Positions 56,100-64,000 of a stretch of 64,000 nucleotides of DNA are shown one piece after another. The notes under the pieces were generated by a model. That model did no database searches and was not told the DNA's origin. It saw nothing but the letters and a program-made list of their open reading frames with translations. How positions within the stretch are numbered: the first letter of the stretch is position 1; every line of letters begins with the position of its first letter. A program made the translations under genes and the position numbers. Origin of the DNA: Daphnia carinata (lineage: Eukaryota); NCBI RefSeq assembly GCF_022539665.2, contig NC_081332.1:1984001-2048000 (forward strand). The letters run 5' to 3'.

Positions 56100-56890
56100 C
56101 TATAAGCCCAATATAAAAACAAACTTGATTTTCGTGATTCGCGTTCCATTTTGAATCGAAATCATGTATTTTAAACTGTATTTAAAATTTTGCCAAAAAT
56201 GAAAAAGTGGGAAGGCTATAGCCTTCTCATTTTTGTCAAAATCGGTCAAAAACGAAATCTCTTGGAATTGGATGAAACTCACACAGTATAATGAAAATTG
56301 AACGCTGATTTTGATTCAGCTATTAGTTTTCTCCTTAACCCAGCCGTTTTGATAATAAAAGAAAAGAGTGAACTTCTTTTGCGCCGTACTGATAGTGATT
56401 CAAAAAACGATTGACTTAATAAAAAAATGACAATTTTGAATCGCATTCGTACCGTACTAGTAAGTGTAATTTTTTGGCGCACAAAATAGCGTTATCAAAT
56501 ATGAAAAATCGATTTCCGTGATAAGCATTCAATTTCGAAAAAAACGATTGACTTTTGTCAAAATCGACCAAAAACGAAATCTCTTGGAATTCGATGAAAC
56601 TCACACAGTATAATGAAAATTGAACGCGGATTTCGATTCAGCTATTAGTTTTCTCTTTAACCTAGCCGTTTTGAAAATTTTGTCAAATGGCGCGCAAGCG
56701 TTATCAAAAAAATTTAAAAAACGATTGACTTAATGAAAAAAATCTTATACTGTATATCTTCTCATTTTTGTCAAATCGGCAAAAATGGATATCTTGCGGA
56801 ATTTCATCAAAATCATTTATTTTGATGCAAAATTCAATGCTGATTTCGAAAAATGCATTTGTTGTGTCGTCAAGCTAACTGTTTTTGAAA
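56100..56890. repeat. AT-rich element with internal direct repeats of about 120-130 bp; probable non-autonomous DNA-transposon remnant
   Basis: Near-identical units at about 56230-56352 and 56553-56674 (ttttgtcaaaatcg..aaaaacgaaatctcttggaatt.gatgaaactcacacagtataatgaaaattgaacgc..gattcagctattagttttctc..aacc.agccgttttga). A diverged third copy sits at about 56759-56888, and aaaaaacgattgact occurs three times. No ORF; the transposon origin is inference. Confidence 0.7.
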
Positions 56891-57184
56891 TAAACATAAG
56901 CAATTACCGGGCGAATTTTCCCTCAAAAATCTGCAAAATCTGACATTCATTGGAATTTTCTTCAAATCACTAAACATACTCAAAATTATAGCTCACCCTT
57001 TAGGACAAGCCGTTTTCTCGGTTGGTGTGAGCGGCCAGCTGATCGGGGCACAAATTCTTTTGAGGCTTAATAACTTATTTTATCACGAAACCTAATTATT
57101 TGATTATATCGTTGAACGCCATTTTACGCGAAAGATATATGTATTTTTAAAGGTGTCTTTGGAATGACTAACAACGCAAAATGT

Positions 57185-57263
57185 TGCCTAGGTTGAACAA
57201 ACATCCGATCATCACCACTGAAAATTCAGTTTCGGTAGACAATTATCATAGTATTCCTAAGCA
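57185..57263 (-). promoter_or_regulatory. SECIS element (type II) in the SelL 3' UTR
   Basis: Minus strand: tgcttaggaatact-ATGA-taattgtctacc-gAAA-ctgaattttcag-t-ggtgatgatcg-GA-tgtttgttcaacctaggca. It has an AUGA/GA core, an approximately 11 bp helix II, unpaired AAA, an apical ministem ctga/tcag, and helix I tgcttagg/cctaggca plus gaata/tgttc. It starts about 22 nt after the TAA. Confidence 0.85.
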
Positions 57264-57285
57264 GCATGTGTTTGCATGTTTTCTG

Positions 57286-58554
57286 TTATGTTTTTATATT
57301 CCGTAGAACATCAAGCATCTCTGTAACATTAGGTCTGTCCGATGGATACTGACAAGCGTAGACGAACACCATTTTCCCGTGTTGATTGAAAATTACATTT
57401 CCCGCCATCTGTAGCGTGGCGTTAACAGATCAGAAATTATGTTATTTTGTTTTTTCAATGTCGTATCACCTGAAGTGGATCATCGATATAATCGGTAAAC
57501 GGCTTCGGTAGTTCTGTACCAACAGCTAATTCTGCGCTATAAAAAAGCATATTCGCAATTCTCCACACCTGCAATCACACGTGAGGGTTAATTGCTTGAA
57601 AGTATGAATATTTAAGGTTCACATGCCTGATAAAGGGAGCGTTTGAACTGCAGCGCCTTGTAAAAATGACGGTCGAAATCAGTCCATATTGGGAAAAGGC
57701 AACCAGTTTCTTTTTGCCATCTTAAGGCTCCATTCTGACAGCCAAATGAGACGACATGGATATCGCAATTCAAAGAAGCAAATGAGTCCTATTCAATCGG
57801 AAAAGATTATTTGAAAATTAAATAATGGAAAATGTATAAATGAATCATACTTTCTGTTCTTCAATATGCTTTATATGCTGCCGTCAAGGTAGTCAGGCAA
57901 AGTGGCGGAGAAATACAAAAAGTGAATATTTGTTGTTATTCGTTATTTGCTTTACCATTGACACAGTATTATCATTGATCCTAGTTAAAGATAATGAGGA
58001 AATCTGTTGTTCGTTGGCAGGGTTCTTATTTTCAGAACACATCTTTTTCTCCATAAACTCGTCGACCGTTAGCAGAAATTCGTCCCATTTTTCCTGGGTG
58101 GAGAGACATGAAAAAAAATAAAAATCAATTGAGTCTTCATTGTAGTAACTGAGGTACAAACCTCAACCAGAAGAAGTTCTTCAACAGCATCCCTTATGCT
58201 ACATTCTGAAAAATAGCTTGCCCACAATTTCTCCAAGGTATCTCGTTTTTCACATCCAGAACTAGTTGTCAAAACAGAAGTTTGAGGTTAACTATTATTT
58301 GAATGTCTTTCAATAATATTACTTTTTGAAAAGAAGCGAATAGCAGTTGGTAACTCGCCATAACATACCGTAGTCTTTCGTGACAAATTCATCAGGGTTC
58401 CCTGTGTAGTTCACATGTTGATTGCAACATAAAGATAGAGCTTATAACTATCTAACTTATTACAACCTGAAAAGCGTAGCTCAGCTTCCACTAGAATTTC
58501 TGTGATTGCAGCTGCTGTTTCTGCCAATAAGTTAGACAATTCAGCAGGATTCAT
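57286..58554 (-). CDS. SELENOL: Selenoprotein L (thioredoxin-like/AhpC-TSA fold, UxxU motif with two selenocysteines), about 297 aa, 7 coding exons
   Basis: Exons (minus) 58554-58467, 58401-58323, 58261-58162, 58093-57851, 57788-57627, 57568-57470 and 57408-57286 join in frame. Exon 4 reads SLFVFLRHFA-TGA-L-P-TGA-RQHIKHIEEQK. The frame continues through family motifs IHVVSFG, FPIWTDFDRHFYKAL, LPKPFTDYIDDPLQMAGNVIF and YPSDRP. An in-frame TAA just upstream fixes the ATG at 58554. A SECIS lies in the 3' UTR. Confidence 0.9.
57884..57895 (-). other. SELENOL: Two in-frame UGA (selenocysteine) codons forming U-L-P-U (57895-57893 and 57886-57884)
   Basis: Minus strand reads GCC TGA CTA CCT TGA CGG, exactly at the CxxC position of the RHFx-CxxC redox motif. 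Confidence 0.9.
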
Positions 58555-61021
58555 CCTTTAGAAAATATCTATACAAAAAAGAAATGAGTAATAGTGCATT
58601 ATTCTCCAGAACTGGAAATCAATGTTCAAGACTACCAAGCACCCAAAGTTACTTCACAGTCTGTGCTAGTATTGGGGAGTAAGATGACTATCTAAAAATT
58701 TTTACATGTATTGATATTTTACATTCTGGCAAAACTTGCTATGCCAGGTATGTGGGATCTTTCATATTCTACACTCAGTCAACACAGAACCTAGCTTTGT
58801 TGTTTTATAAATGATTCAATAGGAAATACAGCTTGAAGTTACATTATACTTCTAACCTTATCATCAACTGCAAAAATATTAAGTACGTACCAAGAATTTC
58901 TTTCTTTCCGTTGTGGACGATAACAAAATAGTCGCGTCCTTACATGACCTTTATCAACGCACAGGAGCATTAAGTTTAGTTACGGTCGTGCGGCAACTTA
59001 GTCAGTCGATTGGCCGTTATCTCAGTTAGAATGCTTGGTGACAAGACCAGGTATATCGAATCGGTACGATGTTGGCCAATAAATTTGGGTTATTATGAAG
59101 TGTTGCCCAGATGAAAGGAACCGAAAGATTAACTGTGAATTTTATGTTTGATTAGGGACAAACAAAACAACTGGTAAACTTCAAACTCATATGGCCAACG
59201 ATTGCGTTCTAAGAAAGGTTAGGCTCGTTGTTGACAGATGGCAGGACTTGTAAATGCAATGAGTCATGAGTTCTTCTAAAGGGGAGCATCAGCTGATAAA
59301 GTGAATAGCCAAGCTGGGATGTGAATAAGTAGCCTGTTTATATATTTTCTGCATCACGAACGTAAGTTGTAAAAACACTTTAAATATCTGATTTGTGTTG
59401 TGCTGTTTATCGATCTCTAAAGTCCCCTGCTTCAATTGTAACTTAGTTCTAAGCACCTTCGTTCAATTTTACATGGAAAAAGTACTAAGTTATCTGGCTA
59501 AATCACCTGGCTGTGTTAGTTGATGCCCATGGATGTCACCAGTTTCGCTAATTTAAATTTCAGGTTATTTCGTTAGGCAGTATCTTTTTCTAATAAAACG
59601 TAAAAATATTAGTATATTTTCGTCTTGTTCACTAGTGTCACCAGTAGCTACAAAGTATTTATAAATGTTTTCCAAACTTGGCTTGCATTATTTTTAAACG
59701 CCGTTTTCCCACATGGGTGTGATCTGTATTGCATCAATCAATCAAAACCTGCTGCATCATAAAGCTCACGCTGTAGAATTAAGCATGCAGTGACGCAGTC
59801 CGCCTCTGGTTTCAAAGAATAGCATTTAGTATCGTTTAACAGTTTTGTCATCCATCATTGTCTTCGGTCCAGGGTTGTCGCTCTATTTATTATTATTTGT
59901 GTTTGTGTATTTTTCACTTGTTTGTTATTTTCATTTTGCTATTTTGGATTCTAGTTCGGAGCTCTAAGACCGATGCTAGGAATGCTCAAGTGTAGGCATT
60001 TGACACGTAATAGTTCCATGCACGTTAAGCAAATAACAACTACGTTTTGTGGGCATTCCTGCATCCAGTGAAACACCTATTTTCTAATTTTGGCATTATT
60101 ACTTGTTTGGGCTCTTCGCCCAGTTTGCGCGTGAGAATGCGTATCATTAATTCGTTTCCCCAGCACTGCAACCGGCAGGGCGCTTGTGCTATTTATTTGT
60201 TTCAGAATCCATCACCTAAATCAATGTATGTAAAACAAAATAGCCTTGAAAAGCGACCTTATTCTCTATAAGGATGTTTCAGTTTAGGTAACTTAAGTGT
60301 TCGAGGCTATGCGGCCTACCATTTAACATAAATATTTGGCATCCAAGATAAACAGTTCGTCCTGAAACATAACGATTGCGATATACAAGCGATGATACTT
60401 ACTTTGATTCGAAAACATTTTCCTCAGTATGACGTTATGTAATAATTTTCTATTTATCTTGAACTTTCAGATGTCTAAGGGACTAGGATAAAAAGAAGGA
60501 TAGATTCAGATTCCACGAGACCCGGCTACTGCCAAGGCCAGCAACTGGAATAAACCTATGCGCAAATAAAAGACATTCCGTCACGAAAATAAACTATTCT
60601 TGCGCAGACGTGCAGGTCCTAGGTGCATGGGCAAAGCTTCAGAACTGAAAACGCATCAACCTTCGTCAGGTCGTTCGCATTGGAAGCTTTAACCGTGTTC
60701 ATTTATACTTACAGTGCCAATATTAGGTAAATATTAAACCATACTATTCACATCTACTGGATTTTCCGAGTTCTAGTCAGCGATTCTTACGTGATATTCA
60801 CGTCTGTTACTCATTGCGAATAACCGCATTTTTTCCACAAATTTGTTGTGCAGGAACAACGTCATTGTCTTCCAATGCAAAGAAATGGGCTTCGTAAGTA
60901 TTTCTTCTTATGTTTGTAATGTTTGCAATATCAATTTCTAAAAACACAACATTCTTTCAATGTAGAAGGAAAATAAGTAGGATACTGCGCATTTGTCGCT
61001 AGCCCAACTCTACGATTCGCA

Positions 61022-64000
61022 ATGTCAGAAGGAGCCCAAAAAATTGGCTTAACTAAGCCAACTGTGTTTGCAGCTGTGAATGGCAATACACCGTCGCATA
61101 GCAGCAACAATCCGCCTGCAGTGATACCCAAATTCAAGATAAGTCGAGGCACTCAAGCGAACGTCTCTGTTCCAAAAAACGTGACAAAGTTTTCACCACC
61201 AGTGCCTGCTAAACCGGCTGCTCTTTCCAAACAGCCGAGATCACCTGCACCGCCAGTGCCGCCGAAACCAGGATCAGCCCTAAAATCTCCACTCAAACCG
61301 GCTGTGGCGCCCAAGCCTATCTTGCCCCCTAAACCTCTCGTCAGACCTTGTAAGTCTGGAAGTGTTACATTCGAAACTACAGTGCCACCAAACGTTCCGA
61401 TACGCAATCGCGGTGAGCAATCCCCTCGTGCCGATCAAACAGAAAAATCCATTCCCATGTATGAAGAAAAAGTTCCTATAAGTTCAGCACATCTTGTAGT
61501 CAAGCAATCCCGAAAGAGCGCCAGTCTGGGTCGTTTGGAAGGTGTGCGATGCTGTGCAATGCTCGTCAAAGAAGGAAACGAAAGGTGTTTGCAACGGGAT
61601 TCTGGTTTCATATCCTGCAGCCTGGAAAATGTTGAACAGCCTGCTGTAAAACTCACCAACCAACGTCTAGGCTTCCCTTTTAGCTCTATTCCCATCGCTC
61701 CACCTAGAAGACGAAGGAAGTCAGTCGAGAGTTATGAACCAATTTACGCTGTTATTGATTTCTCGAAGAAACGTAATCGACGGATGTTATTAGCGCAAGA
61801 ACAAGCAGCTCGGGACAACCTGCATCAACCAATTGTGCAGAATGCTGATAAAGATATCGAAGCTAGTCCTGTTAGTTTGGTTGAAAAAGACAAAAGTGTA
61901 CCAACAACCCCTTCAGTTTGTTCTGTCAATGAAGACGAAACTTCTGTGCCAGAGAGCCCAGCCTTAGAAATGGATGTTTCAAATTCGATGATCGCCACCA
62001 GTGAAATGGATTCGGATATCCAAATAATAGAAAATTCTTTTGCTACGATTGCTTCTCTATTTGAAAATATTAATGATACTGGTGATAGTGTACCCGTACC
62101 TTCCCGACCTACATTAACTAGGGAGTCGGAGGATGTGCAGGAAGATTCGAGCTCCTCTTCCAACAACCAGCAGGAGGAAGAAACTACTACAGCTGGGCAA
62201 GCAGTTATTGCCCGCCTGGTATTCGGCGGCACAGTAGTCCAACAAACGGACATTCTACCTGTAAGTTTTGGGTTTTTCATACGAGGGATTTTCCTAACCG
62301 GTAGTAGATAAGCAAAAGTTCATTATCAATTCGGTAGACAATGTCCACAAACGATAATAGAAGAAAACGAACAAAAGAATTCTGCACGGCTTTAAAGGAC
62401 GTCATACCGTCAACGGGTTTCGACTTGTTGACTGACACCGTATCCGTCCGCGAGCGGAAAATCAATCTTCGCGAACCAAGCCCAACTCCATCGGCGAGCA
62501 GTAACAGCAGTAGCGATAGCAAAGAAGACGAGTTTTTTCCTGGCAAGCACTTTGATCCAGACGTTGTATCTTGTGGCAGCTTAGGTAAGAAACGAATAAC
62601 AATTTTTATCGTGTGTACAATCTTTAACTGACTGAATTGGTTCCAGGTGATGTTGACACTTCGGACGCCACACGCCAGAATTCTGTGGATGATGAGATTG
62701 AAACTGCCCAAATGACGGGAAATGCCAGCACAAGTGTAGATGGAAAGGAGAGAAGAAATTCATTTGGACTCCGTCGTACGCTAGACACGCTTTTCACTTC
62801 CTTGAGTAACAAATCAGGTATTCGGAAAGCCGCCGAAAAGCGTAAAACCCTTGACTTCGATAGCTCAAGCACAGATACGGATAGCATAACTGCTGCGCCT
62901 CGTCCGCATATATTCATTTCTCGTCCAGCTCCTCCTCAGCCTAGTCATAAATTCAATAGAGGTGATCGGTATGTTGGCTATCATATATTAATTTTTGTTT
63001 TTCTCGTGATTTTAATTTATTCGTTCTTATTAATTTCTCGTAGAGCATACAGATCAGTCCAACCACCTGAAAAGGGAAGATCAAAAAGCATAGATGGGAG
63101 TCTAGTTGAAAAAGTGGACAGAAGGCACGTTTCACTCAGCCCCGTGATTAGTAGTCCTGAACCCGTTGCGGCTCAACAAGGTCAGATTGTTAACCTTGAT
63201 CAACCAGAGTCTTCCTCTTCGGCTTCTACTCATAATTACGCAAATGAACCAGGTACTTTTTTATCGGTAGATTGTTACCTGTTCATTAGGATATAGTCCG
63301 TTAAGAAAAATTTTATTACTAGGATTGTGTCTTCCGTTGATGGAACAAAATTCTGATCGAACTAGGGCATGTTTACCTGATGGTTCGTCTTCGGAAATGG
63401 AAAAAGACATTATGTACCGTTCATTGGAAGGCAAGGAAAGAAAAGCTTACATGACAGCAAAGGAAATTGCAAGTTCCGAACGTGTGTTTGTGGATTGCCT
63501 TCGACTTATCTGTGACGATTTTCGTCAAGCTGTCAAGGATGCTGCCATTGGGAGTAATGGCAGAGATACATTACATCCTGTCATCCCCGAAGCAGAATTG
63601 AACAAAATTCTCAATTATCTCCCGCAGCTGCAGAACCTTAATCACGAATTGCTAAATGATTTCGAATTGCGTCTCAAAAATTGGTCCACTCAACCGAAAA
63701 TCGCTGATGTCATTGTTCGCAAAGGACCGTTTCTCAAACTCTATTCGGCATACATCCGCGATTTCCAAAGCCAATCCGCCCAACTGGAAGAATGCATCCA
63801 AAAATATCCACGTTTCGCCAAAGTTCTCAAACAATTCGAACAATCCGGCAGATGCAAGAGTCTTTCGCTAAAACATTATATGCTTAAACCTGTGCAGGTA
63901 TTTTCTGTTCTGTCAAGCAGCAATGTGAATTCATTTTAATCTAGTATGGTTCTTAGCGACTACCGCAATACCGTCTTCTTCTGGAAGTCTATCTCCGGCA
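61022..64000 (+). CDS. FYVE, RhoGEF and PH domain-containing protein (FGD family, FGD5/6-like), 5' part; truncated by the window end
   Basis: Exons 61022-62260, 62338-62584, 62647-62968, 63044-63252, 63323-63897 and 63957->64000 join in frame. Pro-rich N-terminus (PPVPAKP, PPVPPKP, PAVAPKP), then a DH domain: KAYMTAKEIASSERVFVDCLRLI...ILNYLPQLQNLN...IADVIVRKGPFLKLYSAYIRDF...LKHYMLKPVQRLPQYRLLL. PH and FYVE domains would lie outside the window, so the subfamily call rests on the DH sequence. Confidence 0.85.

Noticed and set aside
56226..56890. CRISPR-like repeat-spacer array
   Set aside because: The units are about 120 bp, only 2-3 copies, irregularly spaced, with no cas genes and a eukaryotic context.
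8515..57583. Scattered CACGTG E-boxes as juvenile hormone or clock response elements
   Set aside because: The count looks only modestly above rough expectation in a CA/GT-rich sequence; not distinguishable from background by eye.
57851..58272. SelL region as a pseudogene with two premature stops
   Set aside because: Both stops are TGA at the two redox positions, all downstream exons are intact and in phase, and a SECIS follows the real stop.

Overview
Eukaryotic (arthropod) genomic DNA, not prokaryotic. The compact genes have 55-80 bp GT-AG introns and the intergenic DNA is rich in homopolymers and microsatellites, a style that suggests a branchiopod crustacean such as Daphnia (inference). 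I reconstructed five spliced genes by hand: (1) a Cys-type SelO/SELENOO-like AMPylase (+, 21..1838, possibly starting upstream of the window); (2) a GPATCH2-like G-patch protein with a degenerate R3H-like module (-, 2082..4495); (3) a D2-like dopamine receptor over about 41 kb with a 27.7 kb first coding intron (-, 11730..52620); (4) selenoprotein L, which the ORF track misses (-, 57286..58554); (5) the 5' part of an FGD-family RhoGEF (+, 61022..>64000). SelL is the highlight. It has two in-frame TGA codons forming an RHFA-U-L-P-U motif, a GC-AG intron and a well-formed type II SECIS just after the stop. Other signals are a roughly 0.8 kb internally repeated AT-rich element and an apparent excess of POU octamer motifs across the receptor locus. 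I found no CRISPR array, rRNA or intact tRNA. SelL is a known but rare family, and I cannot claim a wholly new system from sequence alone.
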